From the UHGV virus genome UHGV-0197997: a DNA stretch of 52,500 nt; one strand, given 5' to 3'. This stretch comes from a virus. Below are positions 9,051 through 18,229 of the stretch, one piece after another (the first letter of the stretch is position 1; every line of letters begins with the position of its first letter). A model generated the notes under the pieces. It did no database searches and was not told where the DNA came from. It saw nothing but the letters and a program-made list of their open reading frames with translations. A program made the translations under genes and the position numbers.

Positions 9051-12000
9051 TTACTCCTTATACCCTCTGACGTATCGACTATGAAGAGCGCGACCAAACT
9101 CATTCGATGGTTTATAAACTTGCTGCGCCATATCCCTGCGAATATCTTTCACCAGCTTTTCATTGCGTCGATCTATTGCAGCAAGAGTGGCGTCATCAGG
9201 TTTTCCTGTGTAGGAATTCTGGATATGGATATAACCTCCCGCCCCTGAATCCTGCCTGGCCTGTTGGACCTTTGTTAAGGTGTCATCCAGTTTTGCTGAA
9301 GTGCTGGCGGTCACAACTCTTTCGCCTTTTTGAAGAAGCCATGTCCCTGTTTCGGGTACACGATCAATACCATCGTGAGCCATGCCAGAAAGTGATAAAG
9401 CACCTACAGCAGCAGCAAGGGGCTCAGTAAATGCGGCGGCAACACCTGCTGCGGCTGGAGCCATCGCCGGACCAAAGACAGGAATCGCAGCTGTCGAAGC
9501 GTAAGCGGCTAACTGAGCTTGTAAGGCTGTGGCCTGAGCATTAGCAAACATTGCTGAACCAGCTGAGGCCTGTGTTGCTTTTCCTACCATCAGTTGAACA
9601 GCCTGATAAACCAGCCACTGAGCCCCCATTTTAACCAGCGTATCAATGACAACATTTCCCAATCCTTCAAATGCATCATTCAGAGATTCTGATACTGATT
9701 TGGAGCCATCAATCATGCTCTTAAATCCCTCAGTAATTTCAGATGTCGCACCGTCAAGAATTGCTGTCGTTGCATCAGCTGCAATTTGGCTTAAATTTGC
9801 AGCCTCATCAGCATAGTCAATCAATGAATCCATCATCCCCGAGCTCCAGTCCTTCTGTTGCTCATCGGTTTTTCCGTAATATTCCTCCTGTATAGCTAGC
9901 CTTTCCTCAAGGGCCGATTTCAGCGCTTCTGTTTGCTGCTTATAGAGGTCTTCCGAAATTTCACCGCGGCTGAAATCACGCTGCAGATCACGCTGCTGTT
10001 TCTGGAAGTCTGAGCGAATATCAGCCATTTCCTTCATGCGGTCGCGGGTTTTATTACCCATACCAGCACCAAGAAAATCAATATCACCGAGATCACGAGC
10101 TGCGGAATTACTGTCGGCAAGACCTTCACGGAACGTTTTTAACTGTTCAGCAATTTTTTTCTGATCGATAAGTGCGGCATTTTGCAGAAGGGTTTCTTTT
10201 TTAGCTTGCTCAAGTGAAATCAATTCCCCTTGGGAAACCTGGTATTTTACTTTTGCAAGTTCAGTATTCTGACTGCCGAGGCTTATTTGTTCCTGCTGCT
10301 GTTTAATGAGTCGCTTATAAACATCTTCTGTTTTTTCAGCCGCCTTTACCTCTTCGCTTTTTGGCGTTTTACGTACGGGTTTATTGGATTCATCATTTTG
10401 CCATTTCGCTAACCCTTGGTTAACATACAAGTCGCGATTTGTTTTGAATTGAGGTTCATCCTTAAGACCTAATTCATCAGCGGCATAGCCTAACCGAGCT
10501 CTTTCCTTTGCCTCTCCTTTAAGCTTTGATAATTCCAGGTCCTGACGGCTTTTTTCAAGGGCATTGGTTTGTTGGGATGTTAAATCAGCCTGGGGCATGC
10601 GCATTGGGACGTTAACCAAGCCCTGCCGCTCCATTAAGAGCTGATTTCCCAAACCAAGCAAACGGTTAACTTCCGAATATTTACCAGTCATCATTACAAG
10701 GTTCTGGTATTCATCATTTTGACGCCAAGCCCGATCTTTAATAAGATCGTTTCTTCTTCTCTCTTGCTCCTCGAGTGCTTTCAAAATATCACTCGACTTT
10801 GCACGCATCTGCCTGAGTTTATCTTCCTCAACAACAACTTGCTCAGTTAGAATGGCTATAGCCTTTGTGATATTTAAATCATTCTCTTGTGTAATACCCG
10901 GCTTACTTCTACTTTCATTAAGATCCTGTATTTGTTTATTAAGACCACTTACACTCTTTTGCTGTTCATCAATCAGGCGCTTTTGCTCCTGCATCGCCTC
11001 AACTGTCAGTTTTCGGTTGTTATCAACCTCAGGAAGTGACATGGATGAGGTTTTTTCTCTGATTTGATCTATTTGGCTGGCATACTCCTGAGCTGACTTT
11101 CTTGCTTGTTCCTGGCTTTGATACATAGCGTACCATGCGCCAGCACCCAGCATAACTAACCCAGGTATACCGCCGACCAACCCAAGAGCACCGCTCATCA
11201 ACCGGGTGCCAACAGATGTAACGCTGTTAAGGTTATTTTGAGCAGAAACCCTGCCTGAAATATTACGGCTAAGCGCCGCTTGCGCTGCGGCAAGTTTTCT
11301 TTCTGCAATAGCTTGTGCATCGGCATTTTTTGCAGCCACAAGCCCGGACTGGGCACGTTCGAGTGCGGTTTTAGCGCGAACTTTTTCTGTAGCCGTCCCC
11401 GTAGCGAGGGCTGTAGTCAACCGCCCCTGTGCAGCAGTAACCTTTGCTTCTGCAGCTGCTACTCTTTCCTGTTGTGCAGCCTGAACATCTGCACTTTTCG
11501 CACTCTGAAGTGCCTGTTGGGCTCGATAAACTGCAGCGCGGGAAGCGGCAACAGAAGATTGAGCAGCTTTTTCCTGAGCTACTGCAAGAGCCACCTCAGA
11601 TTTTGCGGCTGAAATAAGTGCGCCAGTGGCACTGGTTGCGCTGGTAACAATCCCGCCAAGATACCGGGCTAACCCAATGCCAACGAGTCCACCAGCAGCT
11701 GTGGTAATCAGTGACATATTATCTGCTACATCACTGAGGGCTCCGCTGACAGCAGAAGATGTAAGAGAGTCTAGAGTTCCCGCCAGCCCATCAAGACCGC
11801 CAGATAGTGCATTTGTCGCGCCAGTTGCCTGGTTCACTCCCCCGACCCATGCCATGAACGAGTTAGTTACTTTTTGCATTGATCCGGAAACTGTCGGCGG
11901 TAACGAGGAAAACTCTCCCTGTAAAACACCCAACTGACTGATTAATGCAGGAACGACTTTATCAATCGTGAGTTGCCCCTGATCCGCCATTGCTTTAAGG

Positions 12001-12635
12001 TCTTTTCGGGCAACACCCATCCCTGCCGCCAGGGCACGGATAACACGATCCCCTGCCTCGTTAACGGCATTAAACTCTTCACCGCGTAACACTCCCTGAG
12101 CAAGCGCCTGGCTAAACTGGGTAATAACAGAACCGGCCTCTTCAGAACTTGCACCAGATAGCTTAAGTCCTGTTGATACCGCCTCGGTGATTTTGAGTAC
12201 TTCATCTGAGCTGTAGCCAAATTCACGCATGGATGCAGCAGCGCGTGAAAATAAATTAGCGTTATCAGTAAAAGCAGTACCCGTACTCTGACTAATAGCC
12301 ATTAAACGAGTCTGAGATAAAGTGAAATCATTTGAGGAGACAGAGGCCTGTTTAAGCCTTGCGTTTACAGAGTTCCACTGATCAGCGATTTGAACTAATT
12401 TCCCTGTCGCGAAGGCCGCAGCGGCTGCCGTAGCGGCTCTACCAGCAGAGGCAAACCCATCAGTAAGATCGGAAAGAGCACGCTGACTTTCTTTAGCAGC
12501 AGCAGCAGCCTGACGCCCTCCATTCTGCATGGTTTTATAATAGTCTTGCCCCATACGTGATGCGCGGGCAATCTCAGTCTGGAATGATTGAGAGTTTGCT
12601 GAAACCTTAATAATAAGCTCACGTAGGGTTGCCAT
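9051..12635 (-). CDS. Tail tape measure protein, 1194 aa
   Basis: Very long Ala/Gln/Glu-rich coiled-coil protein between tail chaperones and minor tail genes; SD AGAGGT upstream of ATG. Confidence 0.85.
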   Translation of the reverse strand: MATLRELIIKVSANSQSFQTEIARASRMGQDYYKTMQNGGRQAAAAAKESQRALSDLTDGFASAGRAATAAAAAFATGKLVQIADQWNSVNARLKQASVSSNDFTLSQTRLMAISQSTGTAFTDNANLFSRAAASMREFGYSSDEVLKITEAVSTGLKLSGASSEEAGSVITQFSQALAQGVLRGEEFNAVNEAGDRVIRALAAGMGVARKDLKAMADQGQLTIDKVVPALISQLGVLQGEFSSLPPTVSGSMQKVTNSFMAWVGGVNQATGATNALSGGLDGLAGTLDSLTSSAVSGALSDVADNMSLITTAAGGLVGIGLARYLGGIVTSATSATGALISAAKSEVALAVAQEKAAQSSVAASRAAVYRAQQALQSAKSADVQAAQQERVAAAEAKVTAAQGRLTTALATGTATEKVRAKTALERAQSGLVAAKNADAQAIAERKLAAAQAALSRNISGRVSAQNNLNSVTSVGTRLMSGALGLVGGIPGLVMLGAGAWYAMYQSQEQARKSAQEYASQIDQIREKTSSMSLPEVDNNRKLTVEAMQEQKRLIDEQQKSVSGLNKQIQDLNESRSKPGITQENDLNITKAIAILTEQVVVEEDKLRQMRAKSSDILKALEEQERRRNDLIKDRAWRQNDEYQNLVMMTGKYSEVNRLLGLGNQLLMERQGLVNVPMRMPQADLTSQQTNALEKSRQDLELSKLKGEAKERARLGYAADELGLKDEPQFKTNRDLYVNQGLAKWQNDESNKPVRKTPKSEEVKAAEKTEDVYKRLIKQQQEQISLGSQNTELAKVKYQVSQGELISLEQAKKETLLQNAALIDQKKIAEQLKTFREGLADSNSAARDLGDIDFLGAGMGNKTRDRMKEMADIRSDFQKQQRDLQRDFSRGEISEDLYKQQTEALKSALEERLAIQEEYYGKTDEQQKDWSSGMMDSLIDYADEAANLSQIAADATTAILDGATSEITEGFKSMIDGSKSVSESLNDAFEGLGNVVIDTLVKMGAQWLVYQAVQLMVGKATQASAGSAMFANAQATALQAQLAAYASTAAIPVFGPAMAPAAAGVAAAFTEPLAAAVGALSLSGMAHDGIDRVPETGTWLLQKGERVVTASTSAKLDDTLTKVQQARQDSGAGGYIHIQNSYTGKPDDATLAAIDRRNEKLVKDIRRDMAQQVYKPSNEFGRALHSRYVRGYKE

Positions 12636-12647
12636 TCACTACCTCTT

Positions 12648-12675
12648 TAAAATAAAAAACCTGCCGAAGCAGGTT
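12648..12675 (-). terminator. Rho-independent terminator downstream of the secreted moron, upstream of tape measure gene
   Basis: Minus-strand hairpin AACCTGC-TTCG-GCAGGTT followed by TTTTTATTTT. Confidence 0.6.
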
Positions 12676-12695
12676 AATTTTCACAACTAATAAAT

Positions 12696-12980
12696 CTAGT
12701 TTGCATTCTGGTCTATAAAATCTCTCAGAATTTGAGATTGACCGCATAACTCTTTATCCGGTGACATTCCTGAATCCTTAGACTTTTGACAGTAATAAAA
12801 GTAATCATCATTCTCTTTGGCATATGATATAACTTTATAAAATGCTTTCACGCACAGCGTTGGGTCTAAATGCTGGGAGCAAATGGTACTTGTTAGCTTT
12901 TGCAATTCCTGAGGCTCAAGAATTTGCGTTGCATTAGCTGCTGACGTGAGAAAAACAAAACCAAATAATAATTTTTTCAC
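12696..12980 (-). CDS. Secreted Cys-rich small protein (moron), 94 aa
   Basis: GTG start preceded by SD AAGGGGGG; signal peptide MKKLLFGFVFLTSAANA; several Cys; visibly AT-rich; own downstream terminator. Confidence 0.6.
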   Translation of the reverse strand: MKKLLFGFVFLTSAANATQILEPQELQKLTSTICSQHLDPTLCVKAFYKVISYAKENDDYFYYCQKSKDSGMSPDKELCGQSQILRDFIDQNAN

Positions 12981-13034
12981 AAATCCCCCCTTTTCTTTAG
13001 TAATAGGGAATCCTAAACCGTCCTTGGTTTTTTG

Positions 13035-13340
13035 TCACTGAGAAGCGGCCAAAAGAGCAGCCTCTAATCCGGCAAATGGATCGCTGCTGTCGCTTACCTC
13101 AGCCTCTTCTGAGTTCCACTTGATCAGTGCGTCTTCAAATGTCACTTTTACGCCCTGTGATCCATACATGGCAGAAACAAGCTGAGCATTGAGAATATCG
13201 CTACGCACATCGCCGATTGGGCTGATACGGTCATACTCAGCCCACATCCTGAACTCCCCCACCGTCATAGTCTGTCGCAGTTCGCCCAGCGTGCGGCCCA
13301 TCCGGAGCGCCAGCGCCATCAGAAACTGCATGCCAGGCAT
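13035..13340 (-). CDS. Tail assembly chaperone, frameshift-extension portion (gpT-like)
   Basis: Immediately follows the G-like ORF in a different frame; classic G/GT arrangement between major tail and tape measure genes. Confidence 0.5.
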   Translation of the reverse strand: MPGMQFLMALALRMGRTLGELRQTMTVGEFRMWAEYDRISPIGDVRSDILNAQLVSAMYGSQGVKVTFEDALIKWNSEEAEVSDSSDPFAGLEAALLAASQ

Positions 13341-13342
13341 TT

Positions 13343-13747
13343 TTACTTTGCTTTAGCATCATCCGCATCACGGATGAGATCGAGAGCCTGTTTCAGCAGT
13401 CGAGAATGGATTGGACCGTAAATTGCTTCAACCTGTTCGGTATCATCGACGGTGAAAACATACTGCAGGTCGGTATCCAGCAAAATATCAATGAAAAGCG
13501 TGACATCTGCCCGCATTCCACGAAAAGCGCGTTCAGAGGGGGTGAGCTCTGGTACTTCTGGCGCTTCCTGCCCTTCCGGTGGTTTGGGTTGATCCGGACT
13601 GGAGATACTCTGCCAGCGAATCCAGGCTTCAGCCGATGGCTCGCGAATGATAACTTTGGCGTTTTCCCACTCCGGAACGATGACTTCCTTTTTGCGAAAA
13701 CCCGCCATCGGGGCCAGTGCCAGCGCTTTAAGATTCTGTTTTGACAT
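13343..13747 (-). CDS. Tail assembly chaperone (gpG-like)
   Basis: Small acidic protein between major tail and tape measure genes. Confidence 0.55.
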   Translation of the reverse strand: MSKQNLKALALAPMAGFRKKEVIVPEWENAKVIIREPSAEAWIRWQSISSPDQPKPPEGQEAPEVPELTPSERAFRGMRADVTLFIDILLDTDLQYVFTVDDTEQVEAIYGPIHSRLLKQALDLIRDADDAKAK

Positions 13748-13777
13748 TAAGTTTATCGCCGGTTTCCCGGCGCTCCA

Positions 13778-14482
13778 TTAACTGATGGTGACGGTGTGAT
13801 CAGCAGAGGTGATAACGGTGCCATCGGCATCGGTAACCACGCAGGAATAAACCCCGGCGTCACCTGATACTGCGCTGGCCTTATTAAACGTTGCGCTGGT
13901 CTGCCCGCTGACCGTAGAAGAGCCTTTTTTCCAGACGTAGGTATAAGGCGCCGTGCCGCCCTGGACGACCACACCCATTGTCAGGGCGCTTCCGGCCGCT
14001 ACCGTCTGCGATGCAGGAAGGTCTGTCGCGAAAGACAGGATGCCAGGGGCATTAATATTGGTTGGCTTGCCTTTCAGACGCAGCGAGAACGTTGCGGCTA
14101 CCACACCATTGGCTTGAGAATCCCAGGTGTGCTGACGCACCTCATTGCGCATCAGGAATCCATTACCAGACGGGAAAATAACCTTAAATCCATAAACACC
14201 GTCGTTATCGTATGCTGCACGAAGTGCATCCTGCGCCGGGTTGCGGTAGAAGTTACCAGAAAGTGACATTTCCGACGGTGCCGGAAGCCCGTTGATATTT
14301 TCTGTTTCGTCAGAGCAAAACGTCGTCACATCAATATCGGTTTTCTGACCGGCGGTAAAGCTGGCCTGTTTGATAGTGCAACTCAGGTTTAACCAGGTCG
14401 CCGTGTCCAGTTCTGCCGCAGTGACCGGTACTGAGGTAATCATTACTACCGTTTTTTGGGCGCGTTCAAATTGTGCTGACAT
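13778..14482 (-). CDS. Major tail protein with C-terminal Ig-like domain
   Basis: Start taken at second ATG (MSAQFER) preceded by SD GGAGG; C-terminal Thr/Val/Ser-rich Ig-like segment (TAPYTYVWKKG...YSCVVTD). Confidence 0.7.
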   Translation of the reverse strand: MSAQFERAQKTVVMITSVPVTAAELDTATWLNLSCTIKQASFTAGQKTDIDVTTFCSDETENINGLPAPSEMSLSGNFYRNPAQDALRAAYDNDGVYGFKVIFPSGNGFLMRNEVRQHTWDSQANGVVAATFSLRLKGKPTNINAPGILSFATDLPASQTVAAGSALTMGVVVQGGTAPYTYVWKKGSSTVSGQTSATFNKASAVSGDAGVYSCVVTDADGTVITSADHTVTIS

Positions 14483-14496
14483 TGCAGCCTCCATAA

Positions 14497-14518
14497 ATGA
14501 AAAAACCGCCTGTGGCGG
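14497..14518 (-). terminator. Hairpin plus T-run just upstream of major tail gene (possible attenuator)
   Basis: Minus-strand CCGCC-ACA-GGCGG followed by TTTTTT. Confidence 0.4.
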
Positions 14519-14538
14519 TCGGGTTTGATTGGTTTCAG

Positions 14539-14886
14539 TCAGGCAATGACAGTTATTTCAAGCGTTGCCCGATGCAGGTGGGTTGTAGTGTCGTAGCCGG
14601 GAATTTTTGTCACCTCGGTAGGTGAAAGCACTTCCAGGCGAGAAAGGGCCTCAAGGCGCAACGCTCTGGCCTCATCGTTCGTTTCTGCCCACACATCAAC
14701 CTGAATGTGCAGCGTCGATTCGGCCTGCCCGCAGAACACATCCCCGGATACGTCAGTCGGTATCGAGAAAATGATGTAGGGCGCGGGAACATCGGGAAGC
14801 CCGTCACTGCCAAGCGGCACCACATACGGATAAACCCTTCCGCCAGCCAGACGCGACAGCAGATCATAGATATCATCCTCTGTCAT
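14539..14886 (-). CDS. Tail completion / tail terminator protein (by position)
   Basis: Small ORF between HK97 gp10-like gene and major tail gene. Confidence 0.4.
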   Translation of the reverse strand: MTEDDIYDLLSRLAGGRVYPYVVPLGSDGLPDVPAPYIIFSIPTDVSGDVFCGQAESTLHIQVDVWAETNDEARALRLEALSRLEVLSPTEVTKIPGYDTTTHLHRATLEITVIA

Positions 14887-15332
14887 TTAGCCAGCACCTC
14901 ATCAATCGCCGTATTCATTCTCTGCATGGCTACCTGTGCAGCCTCTTCCAGCCGAGTATCAAACGCCGGGCGGACAAAAGGATGAGCAGGAGCTGTTGCC
15001 GTTCCCAGTTCAACAAAGCGCCAGTAGAAAGCATTCCGTTTGTTGCTGGCCTTCATGGTGTTGTCGCTGTTCCCTGTTTGCGGATTAACACCGCGAATAT
15101 GTACCCCGGATGCGATTTCACCGCGACGGCGGCTTTTCTGGGTGACGACAACAACGTTTTTCTTCAGCTTACCAGTCTGTTCCGGAGCCCGATCAATCAC
15201 TTCCTGGCGGAGCACTTCAGCCCCGGCACGAGTAGAATCCCGGAGGACTTTATTGTTTTCAGCCTTGCTGAGGGTTTGCAGGTCTCGGGCGATATCCTGC
15301 AACCCGGAGAAATCCAGATTCACATCAATCAT
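14883..15332 (-). CDS. HK97 gp10-family tail component
   Basis: C-terminal motif WRFVELGTATAPAHPFVRPAFD resembles the gp10-family signature; overlapping start/stop with neighbours. Confidence 0.6.
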   Translation of the reverse strand: MIDVNLDFSGLQDIARDLQTLSKAENNKVLRDSTRAGAEVLRQEVIDRAPEQTGKLKKNVVVVTQKSRRRGEIASGVHIRGVNPQTGNSDNTMKASNKRNAFYWRFVELGTATAPAHPFVRPAFDTRLEEAAQVAMQRMNTAIDEVLAK

Positions 15333-15667
15333 TTTTCGGTCCCCTGTTTGCAGAGAATTTCCAGGCGGGTACCTTTGCTATCTGGCACAGGAGGCCCGTT
15401 GACATTCAATGTCACTCCTTTATAGGGACCGTTCAGCACAAGAAGCCGGGATGAGGCCGAAATATCATTGCGATATCGAACCCAGACACGAACGGTTGCA
15501 TCAGTCCTTTCAGCCCCGGCAGTCAGGCTTTCCCGCCCGCTAATTCCCTTAACCTCTGCCCAGATAGTGGCACCATCAGACCACTCTTCCACTGGCTGAC
15601 CGGACGGAGTACGCGTAGCGGTAAAATTACGGATGATGATCCGGTGCCGCATCGGTCCAATCTTCAT
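15329..15667 (-). CDS. Head closure / head-tail adaptor protein
   Basis: ~110 aa ORF between connector and gp10-like genes in HK97-type order. Confidence 0.5.
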   Translation of the reverse strand: MKIGPMRHRIIIRNFTATRTPSGQPVEEWSDGATIWAEVKGISGRESLTAGAERTDATVRVWVRYRNDISASSRLLVLNGPYKGVTLNVNGPPVPDSKGTRLEILCKQGTEK

Positions 15668-15677
15668 GATCCCCCCG

Positions 15678-16016
15678 TTAAACGCCCATATCTATGCGAT
15701 AGGGATTAAGCAACCAACGCGCAGGACCAGGGATATCATGGCCCAGGTCATCCCCACGGTTTTCATACAGCCAGCCCAGAATAAGAAGAACCGCACTCTG
15801 AATGGAGGGCGTGATAATAATTGGGCGATCGCCGGCGCCTTCATTTTCAATTGCGTTATCCAGAGCGGACTGGTCTGCATAAAAACGACGGTTAAGAAAC
15901 TGCATAGCAGTATCCTCTGCAGCGGCCAGATACCCCTCCACCATCGTTTTATCGATTTCATCATCCAGCCTGAGATGTTCCATGGCTGTTTCAGTGTTGA
16001 TTACCGTCATAACCAT
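15678..16016 (-). CDS. gp6-like head-tail connector protein
   Basis: N-terminal MEHLRLDDEID...YLAAAE pattern typical of gp6-like connector proteins; position after capsid gene. Confidence 0.55.
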   Translation of the reverse strand: MVMTVINTETAMEHLRLDDEIDKTMVEGYLAAAEDTAMQFLNRRFYADQSALDNAIENEGAGDRPIIITPSIQSAVLLILGWLYENRGDDLGHDIPGPARWLLNPYRIDMGV

Positions 16017-16270
16017 TACCCTTTGGTTTCGGGGGCGCGGTTCATTTTGTTATCAGGGACTTCACCAACTATCGTCACCAGCCCATTACCTTTGAGCTCG
16101 GCAGCACGTAAGCGAGAAACGTGAAAAGGATCATCGGCTGGCGTTCTGAAAATATCGCCATCCATAAACCGCCGGACAGGTTGAACCTGAATAGTCCCGG
16201 AATCGGGTACAGGTGATAAGTTGTCGTCAACTGATGCAGTAGATTCAGCCACATTTTTCCTGGCCATCAT
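16016..16270 (-). CDS. Hypothetical small head-module protein
   Basis: ORF between major capsid and connector genes. Confidence 0.35.
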   Translation of the reverse strand: MMARKNVAESTASVDDNLSPVPDSGTIQVQPVRRFMDGDIFRTPADDPFHVSRLRAAELKGNGLVTIVGEVPDNKMNRAPETKG

Positions 16271-16312
16271 GCTCTCCTCAAAAAGAGAGGGCCGCTAAGC
16301 GGCCCTTAATTG

Positions 16313-17533
16313 TCAGCCGCCAGAAGCGGTTACATTACCGGTGACAAAAGCCTCCGGCCGATAGACCGCCAACGCCAGACGCTCTTCCGCACGAATGGTG
16401 ACCATGTTTTTAACAAAGTCGTCTTCGTTTTCGGTGGAGAGCAGGACTTCGATATCCATGCGGTCGAAGATTTGCGCCGCCATATTAAACGCCCCGGTCA
16501 GGAAGTTGTTCTGCGCCATGGCCTGTGTTTCCACAACAGGGAGACCCCAGATCCGCGGAACACCACCATTGACCGGCTGCGCGATAATATAGCGGCCTTC
16601 GTTATCTTTGGTCAGCTCGATGCCCGCCCAGTCAATCGGGTTCAGGACAAAACCAGACGCCGGATACTCCGCCAGCACCGCCTGCAGAACAGCCAGACGC
16701 AGACGATCAATCGGCGTAGCGTTGGACAAAGTGAGGGCCGGCGCAAATTCTGTTGCCTGCGGCAGAATCCCGAGGATATTCGCACCGGTACCATCCCCGC
16801 TCAGCAACTGCTGCTCCTCTTTAAAGCGAAGACCATACTGAGCGCGGCCATCGATATAGCTGGCCAGACCGGGCGCATCGTCCAGGATCTGACGGGACGC
16901 TTTAAAATAATGCGCAATGGTACGAACCGGCGCACTTTTCAGCTCAAACTTAATGTCTGATTTTGGCTTCAGGGCACCTTCTGCCACAGCTGCAGCATTA
17001 TTGGTGAACCCCGTTTCCTGAACGAATTCAATACCGTTAGATGCGGTATTACCGGGGATAAGCAGATTACGGATGGTCAGTGTACGTTCCGGCGGGGCGA
17101 TAATGCCCTGAACACGATCGGAGACCACCAGGCTATTGGTTGTGCTCACGCCAGTGCCTGTGGTCGCCGGCACGTTCATAATGTCTTTCTGCTCGAGCTT
17201 TACACGGATGCTCTTGCGGGCCGAGCTGTCCATTCCTTTGAACTCTTCACTTTCGACCACCAGCTCACCGATCGATTTTCGCTGTTGAGGTGTGTCGTTA
17301 TGACGGCGTGCACCTTTTTGCTCCAGCTCAGTAAGGCGTTCTTTCAGCTCGTTGAGTTGGTTCAGACTGTCATCAGTGCGTTCTTTCAGCTCCTGCGATA
17401 CAGTTTGGCCAGACTCCATTTTTTTCTTCACGTCTTCGCCGAAGCTTTTAACCTGCTCCATCACCGCAGAGAGCTGGGTAGAGATTTCGCCAATTGTTTG
17501 TGGCTGATCGTCAGCCGATTTTTTCTGGTACAT
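16313..17533 (-). CDS. Major capsid protein, HK97 family
   Basis: ~400 aa with N-terminal coiled-coil delta-like region and HK97-fold core; follows prohead protease. Confidence 0.9.
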   Translation of the reverse strand: MYQKKSADDQPQTIGEISTQLSAVMEQVKSFGEDVKKKMESGQTVSQELKERTDDSLNQLNELKERLTELEQKGARRHNDTPQQRKSIGELVVESEEFKGMDSSARKSIRVKLEQKDIMNVPATTGTGVSTTNSLVVSDRVQGIIAPPERTLTIRNLLIPGNTASNGIEFVQETGFTNNAAAVAEGALKPKSDIKFELKSAPVRTIAHYFKASRQILDDAPGLASYIDGRAQYGLRFKEEQQLLSGDGTGANILGILPQATEFAPALTLSNATPIDRLRLAVLQAVLAEYPASGFVLNPIDWAGIELTKDNEGRYIIAQPVNGGVPRIWGLPVVETQAMAQNNFLTGAFNMAAQIFDRMDIEVLLSTENEDDFVKNMVTIRAEERLALAVYRPEAFVTGNVTASGG

Positions 17534-17542
17534 ATAAATCCC

Positions 17543-18229
17543 TTAGAGAATTTTGGGGAGTGAAAACTGGCTCAGTTGCTGGCGCATCGCCGCAATAGCC
17601 GCTTTGGTTTCGCCGTCTTCGCCCCCGGACTCACTCCGGTCAAGCAGATAGGACAGCCCGCGGGAGGCGACCGCAGCGGACTGACTTTTCGAGAAACCTG
17701 CCTCTCGCAGGAACTTCTCAAATTCAGGTAAAGAAGGAAGGTCACCGTGTGACAGCTTCGACTTAATGACGTCAATACGCGCATCATCGTTGGCCGGCAC
17801 GGTAACGATGGAGATTTCAACCAGATCGAGCTTCGTTAATGTGCGGATCCGGGTTTTCTCATCGTAATTCGATTCCCGTACGTAATAGCCAATGGAAAGG
17901 CCTGTAATGGCACGGGTTTTCATGCCCCGCCAGGCGGTTTTAGCGTAAGCAGCGTCGTCAAGCCACAAAGCCCCTTCACCAAAAAGCCCATGTTTATCTT
18001 CTTTCAGGGTAGAGATATCCCAGTTCCCTATGGGCTCGCCGGTGCGATGCTGCCAGAGAACAGGGAACGTTCTCCCCTTCGCCCGTGTTTCCTCGATACT
18101 TTCGAGGAATGCGCCCGGCGCCACGACTTCGTTGTAGCTATCCACCACATCGAAGACAGAACCGTACCCAGAAAAAAGGCCGTCATCGTTGACGGCCTTA
18201 ATATCGAAGTCGAATGCCTTTACTTTCAT
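17543..18229 (-). CDS. Prohead protease, HK97 family
   Basis: Between portal and capsid genes; start at ATG (MKVKAFDF) overlapping portal stop as ATGA. Confidence 0.8.
   Translation of the reverse strand: MKVKAFDFDIKAVNDDGLFSGYGSVFDVVDSYNEVVAPGAFLESIEETRAKGRTFPVLWQHRTGEPIGNWDISTLKEDKHGLFGEGALWLDDAAYAKTAWRGMKTRAITGLSIGYYVRESNYDEKTRIRTLTKLDLVEISIVTVPANDDARIDVIKSKLSHGDLPSLPEFEKFLREAGFSKSQSAAVASRGLSYLLDRSESGGEDGETKAAIAAMRQQLSQFSLPKIL

Noticed and set aside
10230-11937. Plus-strand ORFs antisense to the tape measure gene (10230-10412, 10852-11067, 11280-11612, 11626-11937), and similar antisense ORFs inside tail fiber, tip and portal genes
   Set aside because: Embedded antisense in long, well-supported structural genes; Cys/Phe/Ser-rich translations typical of antisense artefacts
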